From NCBI RefSeq assembly GCF_006345805.1, contig NC_042999.1, forward strand, positions 146,630,001-146,694,000: a DNA stretch of 64,000 nucleotides, read 5' to 3'. The position numbers and the translations under genes are program-made. Below, piece by piece: positions 1 to 11,248 of this stretch. The stretch comes from Octopus sinensis (taxonomy: Eukaryota). How positions within the stretch are numbered: the first letter of the stretch is position 1; each line of letters starts with the position of its first letter. The notes under the pieces are model-generated. The model saw nothing but the letters and a program-made list of their open reading frames with translations, did no database searches and was not told the DNA's origin.

Positions 1-2415
1 CTGTCGGTGGTAATTGTTGCGGGTGTGCCAAAACGCGAAACCCATTGTGATATCAGCGTTTTAGCGACCGTTTCTGCTGATATATCAGATAGGGCCAGGC
101 TTCGGGCCATCGCGAGAACCTATCTACGCAAGTTAGCAAATATGAATAGTTCTGCGAAGGTGGCAGGGGTCCAACGATATCAATGTGAACGTGCTGAAAT
201 CGTGCATCGGGCTGCGAAAATGAACCGATTGGTGATTTTATGTGCCGGTGGATTTTCGCTTTTTGGCACGCAACACAGCACTTGGTCCATTCTCTGATAT
301 CCTTGTTGATACTGGTCCACACAAAACGGGTCGATATTAGCTTTTGAGTGGAGCGAATACCAGGATGTGACAGAGAATGTAGAGCGGAGAAAACTTCTCG
401 ACGATATTTCTGTGGTACATAAGGGCGTTGGTAACCAGTGGAAATATCACACCAAATATGGGCTGTGGATGATGGTAGTGGAACATGCTGAAATTTCAGA
501 GATGACGAATTCCGGAGCTTTAGAAGTTCTTCGTCATTCTCCTGGTCAGCTGCTATACGTGCCAGATCAATAGTAGACGTGGTGTGGATAGCATTGATCT
601 GCGCACGTGAAAGTGCATCGGCTGCCACGTTGGTCGCCCCTTTGATGTGGCGTATATCTGTCGTGTACTGCGATATGAAATCGAGGTGGCGTATTTCTCT
701 TGGCGAATGGCGATCCGGTTTGGTGTTAAATGCGTATACTAATGGCTTGTGGTCGGTATATATGGCAAAATTGGTACCTTCTAGCATATGACGGAAATGC
801 TTAACGGCCAGGTATGCCGCCAATAATTCCCGACTGAATGTGCTGTATTTGGTTTCCGCGGGTTTTAACCGCTTAGAAAAGAAAGACAACGGTTGCCATA
901 TACCGTCAACAAGCTGTTGTAGCACACCTCCGATTCCGGAATCGGATGCATCAACGAGTAAACATCGTGGGGCGTCTGGTTTTGGATAAACCAACATGGT
1001 AGCGCTAGATAACGCTTTTTTCAGGGCAGCGAAAGAAACGAGTTGATCTTCGGTCAGAGCTATATCTGCGTTTTTGCAGGTTCGCTGACGTAGCAAATCC
1101 GTGAGCGGTTGCGCTATTTCAGCGAGGTGGGGCACGAACCGTCGATAGAAATTCGCTAGACCGAGATATTCCCTTAATTTGCGGAGAGATGTGGGTGGTG
1201 GAAAATCCACGATGGCCTTGACTTTCTCGGGAAGGGACGAATTCCATTTTTATCGACTATATGGCCGAGAAAATGAAGGGAAGCAACTCCGAACAAACAT
1301 TTAGTAGGGTTGATAACAATTCCAAATTGACGTAGTCGTCCGAATAGCAGGTGAAGGTGTTGATTATGCTCTTCGTCCGAGTTACTGGCCACGAGTATGT
1401 CGTCTATGTAGGCATAGACGAAAGGCAAACCTCTAGTCACCATGTCGATAAACCTTTGGAATGTCTGTGCCGCGTTTCGTAAACCGAAAGGCATACGCAG
1501 GAATTCAAACATTCCGAAAGGTGTAGTCACTGCTGTCTTTGAGATGTCTGCAGGTTCGACTGGGATTTGGTTGTATGCTCGCACCAGGTCGATTTTTGAA
1601 AAGATGCGAGCTCCATGCAGCGAGCTCGAAAAGTCCTGAAGAAAAGGCACCGGATAGGCATCACTGATAGTGCTTTTATTCAGTGATCGATAATCGCCGC
1701 AAACCCGCCAATCGGTCGATGATTTTTTTGGGACGCAGTGTATCGGCGAGGACCAGTTGCTGCTGGAAACGCGGATGATTCCGAGGTCGAGCATGTGCTG
1801 GAATTCCCGCTTGACGGCCTGGAGACGATCAGGTGGTAACCTTCTGGGCCTTGCAGCAACAGGTGGACCGCTGGTTTTGATGTGGTGGGTAACGTCGTGC
1901 TTTATCGGCTGGTTATGAAAAACTGGCCGGGCGACATCTGGATAATCATTCAGGATGGAACTGTGACGAGTCGTTGTCGTAAGCATTACAGTTGGGCTGA
2001 CTGTGTCCATTCGAGCGGCTATACCGCGCACAGTAAGCTTGGTGGTGGTGTCGACAAGTCGTCTGTTCTTTATGTCTACCAGGAGACCGAAATGATGCAG
2101 GAAATCGGCTCCTAAGATAGGGGTCGGCAGTTTAGCGACGACGAATACCCACTGAAATGTGCGGCGTAGTCCTATGTTTAATGTTAGGGACTGTTCACCG
2201 TAGGTTGGAATGGGTGAATGGTTGACTGCCTGAAGACAGACTGATGTCTCTTTTCTTTTTCCAGAAGTGTTGGAGACTGGGATGATGCTGACTTCCGCAC
2301 CTGTGTCAACCAGGAAATGCGTGCCTGTTACACGATCGCAAACGAAAAACAGGCGACTGTGTGGGTGCGAACCAGGAACTTCCGTCGCGTTCAATTCCTG
2401 GCTGTGCCGTTTCCC
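1..2415 (-). pseudogene. pol: Ty3/Gypsy pol (protease-RT-RNase H-integrase), broken by two single-base frameshifts (~1230, ~95); runs off the window start
   Basis: ORFs 1174-2490 and 53-1210 carry protease [12 protein letters not shown] motifs KIDLVRAY / MPFGLRNA / YIDDILVAS, RNase H DASD...YS..ELLA...TDHKPL...NVAADALSR, integrase HHCC (H..SHPG...CVACQ) and core HIDIVGP...CVDRFSRWP. The PR-RT-RH-IN order is Gypsy-type. Confidence 0.96.
2353..2415 (-). promoter_or_regulatory. Programmed -1 ribosomal frameshift signal (gag-pol)
   Basis: Minus strand reads G-GGA-AAC (2415-2409), a 6-nt spacer, stem GCCAGGAATT/AGTTCCTGGT, and loop GCGAC able to pair with downstream GTCGC. It lies in the gag/pol overlap. 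Confidence 0.75.
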
Positions 2416-3265
2416 GAACTGGGTGAGGAAAACGAGCACGGTACCGTACATTTTTGTGCCCGTGTTCCGAATGTTCGGTGGTACCAACACGTGTCATGTG
2501 AGTTTCGGGTAGCACTGGGGCTTCGAGACCGTCTGCCATCTCGTCGAGATCGGCTGGTGCTTCGACGCTGGGGACTAAACTTTAGGGCTTGTATTTGGGC
2601 TGTGAGAATTTGTATTTGTGCAGCTTGCTGCGTCATTAATGCACGCAAATCCGAAATCTCTGAAGAACTGGTTTGTGCACGGAAAGGATTGGTACTGGGA
2701 GCGGCTGGCGTCACCGTCGATACCGTTGGATATCTGTGCGGTACTTCGGCTATTTTGTCAGCTAGCTCCGCCAGTTCTTCAAGGGATGTGTTTTCTCTGG
2801 TGGACGCGAGAACAACCTGGGTATTGGAGGGCAGACGCTGGAGAAAAAGTTGCTTGAAGATTTTTTCTGGAGCGTCTCATCTCCGAGAAGCTGTTTCATT
2901 CTCCGAAGAAGCTGGGACGGCGTTTTGTCACCCAATTCTTCCGATATCAGAAGCTGGTGAAGTCTTTTTTGTTGGGATTCTGAGGTTCTGTTTATTAACG
3001 TGGTTTTAAAAACTTCATATGAAACAGAACCGGGTGGTGCCATGATAAGGTCGCGTATCACGTTCGTTATTTCTGGTGACAGAGAACTGATAACGTGAGA
3101 AAGTCGAGCCGCATCGCTCGATATTCTGTGAGAGGCAAACTGTGCCTCTATATGGTGAAACCACAATGTCGGGTCGTGGGTCCAGAATGGTGGAATTTTT
3201 AACGAGATCGCCGCTTGGAATGCCATGTCGATGTTGGCCGCTGGGTTTTGTTCCGGGAGATTCAT
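2391..3265 (-). pseudogene. gag: Gypsy gag, frameshifted near 2860
   Basis: ORF 2762-3265 has KIPPFW..DPTLWF..IEAQF and LGDKTPSQLLRRM; ORF 2391-2714 ends [23 protein letters not shown]. Both are typical of animal Gypsy gag. Confidence 0.92.
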
Positions 3266-3371
3266 TGTTTTTGTCGGAATTTTCAGTTGCTTCGTTGCTG
3301 GTGATGTGCAAACTGTAATTCTTCGACGCGGTTGATGAAGCTGGTTCCAGGGAAGGCGCGATTCGTTTTAC

Positions 3372-3383
3372 GGGGGGTCACCA
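3372..3383 (-). promoter_or_regulatory. Primer binding site, tRNA-Trp-like
   Basis: Minus strand reads CAACA-TT-TGGTGACCCC. The first 10 nt match the tRNA-Trp PBS TGGTGACCCCGACGTGAT, 2 nt after an LTR-type CA end. Confidence 0.8.
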
Positions 3384-3385
3384 AA

Positions 3386-4100
3386 TGTTGTGGATGCGTG
3401 GATGTATTAATAAATACATAAGTGCTTTGTAATAAATTAAAGATTTATTATCACTACATCAATTTGTAAGCAATGTTACACATCGCTTGTACAAAATGCA
3501 TATCAAATAGTGGTTGCAAATAATACATTTAAAGGAATGCATAATACAGGATACACATTAAAGCAGAATATGTTTGATGGTGTGGTGTGTGTGTGTGTGT
3601 GTAAATCATGCAGCAGAGTCACCTTCTAATTTCTGAATATTCTTTCGTCGTCCTCATAAATGCGTGACGTTCTCTTAAACGTTGGTTCGGCTTCTCTCCA
3701 GATACCCATTTCTCCGTTCTATTTATAACATCTCAAATAGCCAGAAAAATAGATATACCGCAAGAGTGTTATTGCGTACAGTAGGTCGCTGGTCGTCCTG
3801 TTAAACTTCGCCTGACCTGCTCGGGTCAGAGGTCGAAGGGAGACGATCCATCATTTTTTGTCAGAACAAAGAGATTCTGATTTCGCGCCTTTTTGTGCAT
3901 TGGTATTTTACGACCAATGATTCTTGGGTCTGATTTCGAATCCAAGCTTTGAGAAGGAAGTGCTAATTCTTACACGTGTACTTTAGTATTCATGGCTAAA
4001 ACTTTTAAAGAGCCCCGCTTCTTTTACGTTTCTTAATAAGTATGGCAGTTAAGTGGGTGAAGATTGTTTAGATGTTCGAATATAGAAATAAAAGAAGTTG
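3386..4100 (-). mobile_element. 5' LTR of the Gypsy element (outer boundary uncertain)
   Basis: Inner end is CAACA next to the PBS; minus-strand AATAAA near 3445-3450 and TATA-like sequence near 3722. No matching outer terminus was found, so the end coordinate is a guess. Confidence 0.55.
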
Positions 4101-5646
4101 AAGGGAGATCATATTAACGGCTTGACATAAAATAATTGTCTATTGAATGAAAAGAGAATATTTACTGAATGGCTCTTTCAAATTTGTCTCCAGGGCGTGG
4201 CTTTTAATACGGGTTCTATTAAATACCATTGTGCTACTGAGATCGTTTTTCTGTCATTTGGGTGACTATAAACCAGTGCTCTGCAACCGATATGCTGTGG
4301 AAAACTGGTGTGCTACGAGACGATGCTAGGTGTGCCACAGAGAACCAGAAGAAACTTTCTATGTATAACGTGACCATCTAAGGATCTAATAGAGTTAAGA
4401 TGTGTCTTACAAGGGCGCAGTAAACATGAGAAAGCAACCCAAAAGAATAGTATGTGGTGCATGTATATAATTAGGAGAAGGCATACAAGCATGTGTGCGA
4501 ACGTTGAGACAATTGTACAAATATACAGAATATTTACTAAAAAAATATGTACGTAAATAGATGTCCTGAAAAATTAAAAATTAAGTGATATACAAAACTA
4601 AGCAAACGCGAAGGAGAATGAAAAAATACATAAAAAAAACAAGCAACATAAAGGCCAAACTAGGCACATGCTAGGAAAGGTTCCAGTCTATGTACAAGCG
4701 TTTGAGTTAGCTCAAAGTAGAAGAAATTCGTACAAGTGTTATAAGCGTGACAGGGAAAAGGGGAAAACAGCAGAATTTGCTGTGTCTGATGCTGTACTAT
4801 AAGCCAAAGCTTTGCATCATAGGCACGAGGATCAAGGAGAAAATACTGTAAGATAGGTAGAATGCATTCACAAATTATAACGAGAAGTGTTCATCGTGCA
4901 GGTTTTTAGAAAGTCCACAGAAAGTGAATCCAATGATGCGAAAATATGGAAAGTTCATGATATGTATATAGTGCACATATACTGAAGGTGAAAACAGTAG
5001 TGCAAGGCATTGTCAAAGTACATGCAGGAAAATTCTTCTGAAAAGTTTAGCACGCCGAGAAATTAAGTCTTGCAACTTCATATAAGAAGAGAAAAAAATG
5101 ACAATATGACAAAAGCTGTAATGTTGAAAGTTAACAATAAACTTACAGGAACAAAAGTTGAGCTGGTGCGAAGATGATCTTGAGAAGTTGGACTTGCAGT
5201 GGTAAAAACGGTGTAAGCCATGCACTGAACAAAGTAGGATGTTGAAACGAGGGTAAATTTTGATATTTTTTCACCCGCGTGATTTTCACTAAAAAAAAAT
5301 CGAATTTTTTGCGTAGAATCAAGTACCCTGGCCTCCTAATATACTGCAAACCCCTTATTTTTGTTCGGAAAAAAGGTGTGGTGGAGAACATATTTCTGTG
5401 TACTTTCCTCTGTTTATTAAAGTCACTGAAATTTTTGCGCGCGCACACACAAACACAAAAATTGTCCAGGCATTTGGCTATTATTTTTAGCGTATCGACA
5501 TTTACAGTTTCAGACAGTTTGGAGTTTTTGATAGAAAATTTGAAATTTAAAAAAAAATTTTCTGTATTCTTAATCTCCGTATTTTTCCATGTACATTGAA
5601 AAAAAAATTTAATTTTGAAAGAGTTCAGCAGTAAATGTGCAACTTT

Positions 5647-5696
<50 letters not shown>

Positions 5697-6017
5697 ATCT
5701 CTATCTCTCTCTCTTTCTAGCCATCTCTATATCTCTCTCTCTTCCCCCCTTACACACAAAGATATATTTTTTTAAATCGCTTTTTGAAGAGAGAAAAATT
5801 TTATTTTCTCTCTCTCCCACCTCACACAAAAATTAGTTTGGGCACGAAAGATTGTTTTTCTAAATCCCTGGTATAAAGCTGAAAATATTTAGTCGAGAAA
5901 AAAAATGTGTATTTTACTGAGAATTAATCCAATTATTTGACAGGAAAGAGGTAAGTAATACGTCGGTGAATTTTTACCTGTCTACATATACATACATGCC
6001 ATTATATATATATATAT

Positions 6018-6155
6018 AACGTAAGGTGTACTAGCCATCTGAATGTGGCTAGCCACTGGGGGTGGGGTGTTACTGATGCTTTTAGCCCCAAAAGCATCAG
6101 TAACACCCCACCCCCGTTGGCTAGCCACATTCAGATGGCTAGTACACCTTACGTT
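6018..6155. repeat. Near-perfect fold-back palindrome (~66 bp arms, 6-nt loop) next to a (TA)n tract
   Basis: AACGTAAGGTGTACTAGCC...GATGCTTTT-AGCCCC-AAAAGCATC...GGCTAGTACACCTTACGTT, with 2 mismatched positions. Confidence 0.95.
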
Positions 6156-6255
6156 GTCGAGCGGTTACTGTTTATATCTCGTTCAGAGATTTATTAATGC
6201 TTATATATATATATGTATATATATAAAATAATATGTTACAATTACTCAATAGTCA

Positions 6256-6318
6256 AGATAAAACTCTGAGTTTCAGATGCCGAAGTGGAAACCCACAACA
6301 CCATCTCTTCGGTTATCT
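6256..6318 (-). ncRNA. Minimal type I hammerhead-like motif (variant core) in a TA-flanked module
   Basis: Minus strand reads AGATAA-CCGAAGA-GATG...CATC-T-GAAA-CTC-A-GAG-TT-TTATCT. Stems I, II and III pair; the core has U4>C and one extra base before GAAA. Confidence 0.55.
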
Positions 6319-6630
6319 GGCCATCTGAAAAAACGTTATGAAAAAATACCGTTATATAAAGGGAAATTACTGTGTTATAATTCTGCTACTTATATAAAAT
6401 AAGATTAAAATTTCATAGTAAGCATGTCTAGTCATACGCTCATACGTGCGTACTTATACGTCACTATGAAAACGTACACATCTTCACTCGCATTTTTCGC
6501 CAAATATATACGCATATATACACACACACATGCGTACCGTAAAAGTTCATACATACATCTATATACGCACAAGCACAAGAAAAACCATGGTTAAAGGTAA
6601 CAGAAAAAAACTTTCTTTCACTCTTTCTTC

Positions 6631-6746
6631 TGTTGGCCTGCTCGCTTAGCCAGCGGGGTGGCGTAATTCGAAGGCTAAAACAATGCGAACGCATTGTGAC
6701 CCACGATGTGTAACAACATCTGATAGTCTGGTCGGTCACGTGATAT
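6631..6746. repeat. ~120 bp dispersed TA-associated module; inverted copy at 49310-49428
   Basis: TTGGCCTGCTCGCTTAGCCAGCGGGGTGGCG...GGTCACGTGATA is the near-exact reverse complement of the 49.3 kb copy. Both abut (TA)n. Confidence 0.85.
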
Positions 6747-7189
6747 ATATATATATATACCATGCAGAGGGACTGAACGTGGAACCATGTGCTTGGGAAG
6801 CAAACTACTCAACCACACAGTCATTCTTGCACCTAATGTGTGTGTATGCGTGTGTGTGTGTGTGTGTTTACATTTGTTACCAAATCGTGTATTGTGTCAC
6901 ACATCCATCACACTCACGCACGCACGCACGCACATTGATACGTATCTATCTGTGTATATTCATTTCTTTATTTATTATCCACGCATCCATCCACTTAGCC
7001 AGCCAGCAAGCCAGCCAGCAAGCCAGCCAGCAAGCCAGCTGTACACTTCAGTCCTACTAGCCCCACTGTTTACTGCCATTAGTGGTGTGTGACATCAATA
7101 ATTTGTCCTCAATGTATGCGCTTTTATTGTTCCTTATACAAACATAAAATGCACTCAACATCCAATACGTAATACAAGGATAAATATAC

Positions 7190-7317
7190 TTTTCTACTCT
7201 AGGCACAAGGCCCGAAAATCTTTTTTTGTGGGGCAGTCGGTTAGAACGACTCCAGTACGCAGCTGGTACTTAATTTATCGCCCGGCGTGCTAACGTTTCT
7301 GCCAGCTCGCTGCCTTA
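7190..7317 (-). mobile_element. Internally deleted tRNA-derived SINE
   Basis: Shares CTGGTACTTAATTTATCG and GCTAACGTTTCTGCCAGCTCGC with the copies at 19.2, 23.6-24.6 and 29.6-30.4 kb. Confidence 0.75.
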
Positions 7318-7510
7318 ATACAAAAATAGATATAGTCAGTGATCACGACAATGATTACTTCGATCGTTCGACTATCCCTCGATGCTGGGTGATGAGAATA
7401 TAGTTGTTGTTTTTTTTTGTACACTAGTAGGATACACACACATACACATGTACATACACACACCTATACATTCTCATATGGCGTAGTTGTGTGGTAAGAA
7501 GCTTGCTTCC

Positions 7511-9372
7511 GGTTGAACAGTGAGGACGTGTAGCTTTGAGCTCCGTCCTAAAAAGAAAAAAGAACAAAAACAGTGTTCTTCACGCATCTGTTGAAGTCGT
7601 CATGCTGGTATGCAGCTGGCGAAAGTTGAACTGAAAGACGCTCTACTATAAGGTAAGACTTTTTGCTTTTTGAGTCCAGTAGGATTTGTTGCCTGTTGGT
7701 TTTATTTTTTGAACAGGCAAGGAGTCCTTACTGGATTCGGAGCTTTTTGTCTGCCTTGCGATGGAAACGTGTGTGTTTTCTCACATAATTGTGAGAAATT
7801 ATTTTTGAAAATTTTTGTGCCCACGTGGATTAAAAGAATTAGATTACAAGGATAGGCCAGGAGTACCTTTTCGGCCGAAAATTAATTTCTTTGCCAGGAT
7901 TTGAACTCTTTTCACAACTATCATTTATTTTAAAAGAAAGAACTTTTATTGAACTGTTATTTTAATTTTTTCTTCCCTTCGGTTGTGTCTTTCCTTCTTC
8001 CTTTTTGTGTCTTTCTTTATTTTTCTATTTTGCACTGTATTTGAACTTTTTTTTAAATGGCAAAGGAATTACTTGTGTGGGATTTAACACCTCCCAAATC
8101 ATGGCTAAAAGAGCTCGAAAAGAAGACGGTGGTGTTGAGGACTTATTCAATGTCGCTCGATACCATAACCGTCTTCCCGAAAGCCACAATTTTGAAAGAG
8201 CTGGCAGAATACATGCCAGCCATTAAATCTATTTCACGGGGAGTCAAATTTGCAACGGTCTGGTTACTATTTGATTCCCCCCAAGAAGCTTGCGAATTTG
8301 CAAGCCAGCCCCTCGAGGGCAATGAAATTATGTTCCTCCCCAGTTATTATGGGAAAAAGTTAACGAGGACTTGGGTCTGCGATCTGCCACCCGGAATTGA
8401 GCCCGAGTGGATAGAGGACTCTATCCGCCGGGGTCTGGGTGGTAGCAGTACCAAGCTGCTCAACGTAAAAATTTTGCCTGCGGCTGATTGGGAGGGGTCA
8501 AAAGCTGTGTTGACCCTATGGACCCAATCAACCGAAAGTCTGGTTTTCCCAGATTTTTTGAGGATGGCCGGGTCTAGGTATCCGGTGATGCTCGAGGGAC
8601 CCCCCCCCCAAGTGTCACCTGTGCCTGGAAACCGTCCACATCAAGAAAAACTGCCCCAAGGACCAAAATAGGATCCTGGAGCAGTTAACAGAGGAACTAC
8701 TCCCTGCTCCCTCAATGGAGGGAGAAAAGAAGGAGGATGTCGAGGAGGTGGAAACCTCCTCGAAAAAACGAAAGCGAAAAGGTGGGCAACAATGGTTGCC
8801 CACCGAAGAACCCGAGAGCTGCGGGAGAAAAGGTGGACCTGCTGGACACAGCAAAGGAACACCACCCTCCCGCGGCCCAAGGGAAAAACAAAAGAAAAAA
8901 GAAAAACGGGACATTGCCGGCGGGTTGTGACACGCTGCCGGCGTGTCCCGATTCTCCATTGGCGGGTGTGTCGCTGGAGGAGGAATTTTTGGTCCTCTTC
9001 CACAAGGGAGAAACCTTGCAAAATGAAATCAATAAAATTGAAAGGAAATCCTACACGGAGGACCCTGAGTGGCCTTCGCAGGTGGCTGCGGAGGTCATAT
9101 GGGAGAACGATCTATGCAGGATAACGAACTCCTTCCCGAAGGACTCCTTCAGATTTATGTTGAAACCTTTAAGTTCGGAACGGACCAGGTGCTTCGATGA
9201 AGCGAGGAGCCTGGCCGGGGGAAAAAATTGAAGAGGTGTATTACCTCAAAAAGAGACTAAAAATGTAAAAAGTGAGAGGATTATTGCCTCGTGTTTGTGT
9301 TTTATTTTAAATTTTGAACTGTGTAAGAGGTTTATTGCCTCATTGTGTTTTTAAAAAAAAAAAGAAAAAAGA
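7511..9372 (+). mobile_element. ORF1-only (HAL1/Tx1-like) non-LTR element with CCHC zinc knuckle and A-rich tail
   Basis: About 550 bp of T-rich leader precedes ORF 8057-8600. A shift at the C-run (8600-8609) gives KCHLCLETVHIKKNCP (C-X2-C-X4-H-X4-C), a K/R-rich linker, a second shift and a stop at 9231. A short 3' UTR and A-tract (9353-9370) follow. No endonuclease or RT is present. Confidence 0.7.
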
Positions 9373-9482
9373 ACAATGTTTTAGAGAAGCGAAAGTCGGC
9401 GGGTGCTTTTCGTCTTCTCCCATCCTTATCATCCTTATATCATCATCAGTCATCCCATTAATATATATATATATATATCTTA

Positions 9483-9895
9483 TCTCTATATATAAAACTG
9501 AAATGCGTTTTTACCGCTTGGATCGCTTTCAATGCCACTACATCCCGTCCGATTCGCTCCAAAATTTACAGGGACATGTAGAATGAGGTGACGATGCTCG
9601 TGAGCTACTTTAGAAATCCCTATCTTAAAAGGTGTGGTTGCTAGGGGCCATCTTCCTCACTCACCCTATTTCCTCCAGTACCCTCTCACTCCTCTTCATT
9701 TGACAATGCCACTACCGTTATTCAATGTAAAGTCTTCCTCAAATCACTCTCTCGCTATTTCCTCTCTTCCAAGAACATTTTCACTCACTCTATCTCTTAC
9801 CTTCCTATATATTTTACTCATGTATCTATCTGCGTTCATAGACAGTAACAAATATTACATTGCCATCGCCATCGCATTCTATTGTCTACCTGTCA

Positions 9896-9928
<33 letters not shown>

Positions 9929-10018
9929 CATATATCTAATATTATATTTTTGTTTTTGTTTTTTTACTGTTTCATTTCCCTATTAGTGGTTTGATCTCTA
10001 ATTTAATTTCTACAGCGT

Positions 10019-10059
<41 letters not shown>

Positions 10060-11062
10060 TATGTGGCCCCAGTAGACCCGAATGAAATCGGGTTCTCTTC
10101 ATCAAAATGTGAAAAGGGGTCTAGAATTATCATCGCCACAACTTATGTTTTTCCTAATGATAATTATCATCGCCACCACCAACATACAATCATGACAATC
10201 TTTCTCTTAAAACAAATCATGTTTACATTGCAAAATATTTCATTTTCCCGTCCTCTCTTTCATATATGTGACCCAGGTTTGGGTGGCCGCACAGCTACAA
10301 TTAGACAACGGCTAAAAATATTCGATGTTGATAATGCCTGGATCGTTCCATTCAACCCTTTGCTTTCCAAAACATTTAATGCACACATTAATGTTGAGTA
10401 CTGCAGTTCGGTGAGATGCATACAATACCTCTATACAATACATTAATAAGGGCGATGATATGGCTGTGTTTGTGTTCAGTGATGAAGACATTAGACATGA
10501 TGAAATTAAACAATTCGTTTTCGGTAGGTTTATATCCTCCAATTATGCAGCGTGGCGCATTTTTGGATACGAAATTCATCTAAGCTCACCATCAGTTTTC
10601 CACCTGAATGTTCATTTACAGAAGAGACAGCTGGTTTACTTCACAGAGAAAAATGCACGTCAAGTCATTGAAAATCCAAAAGGGACTACGCTTGCAGCGT
10701 TTTTTAAATTGTGTTCAGTTGATGAGTTTGCTTCTACTCTCATTTACCCTGAAGTACCGGAATATTACACATACAACAACAATAATTGGAAGCGCAGGTC
10801 ACATGGAACAGAACTTGACAATGGGCCCGGTGTTTCTAGGAAGAAACGTCATTGGGCGTGTGTATAATATTCATCCTACCAAACAGGAATTTCTTTTGAG
10901 AATGCTGCTTCATGTAGTTACTGGACCGAAGTCTTTTGCTGATCTTCGCACGGTTGATGGTATCATCTGCGCCACTTACAGGAGAGCATGTTTGAGGCGC
11001 GGACTACTTCTCCATGACGACGACTTACACAGGACATTAGCAGAGGCCTCAAAATGAAATTA

Positions 11063-11132
<70 letters not shown>

Positions 11133-11213
11133 TGTGTGTGTGTGTGTTGTGTGTGTATGTGTGTGTGTGTGTATGTATCTATATATAAATATGTATATAT
11201 CAAAGTGTATATA

Positions 11214-11248
<35 letters not shown>

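Noticed and set aside
7-3009. Plus-strand ORFs over the Gypsy element (e.g. 2317-3009)
   Set aside because: Antisense shadows of gag/pol with no recognisable motifs.
4265-4340. CAGTGCTCTGCAACC...GGTGTGC resembling a hAT terminus
   Set aside because: No partner TIR or TSD found.
5225-5990. Possible DNA-transposon remnant
   Set aside because: No convincing termini or coding motif.
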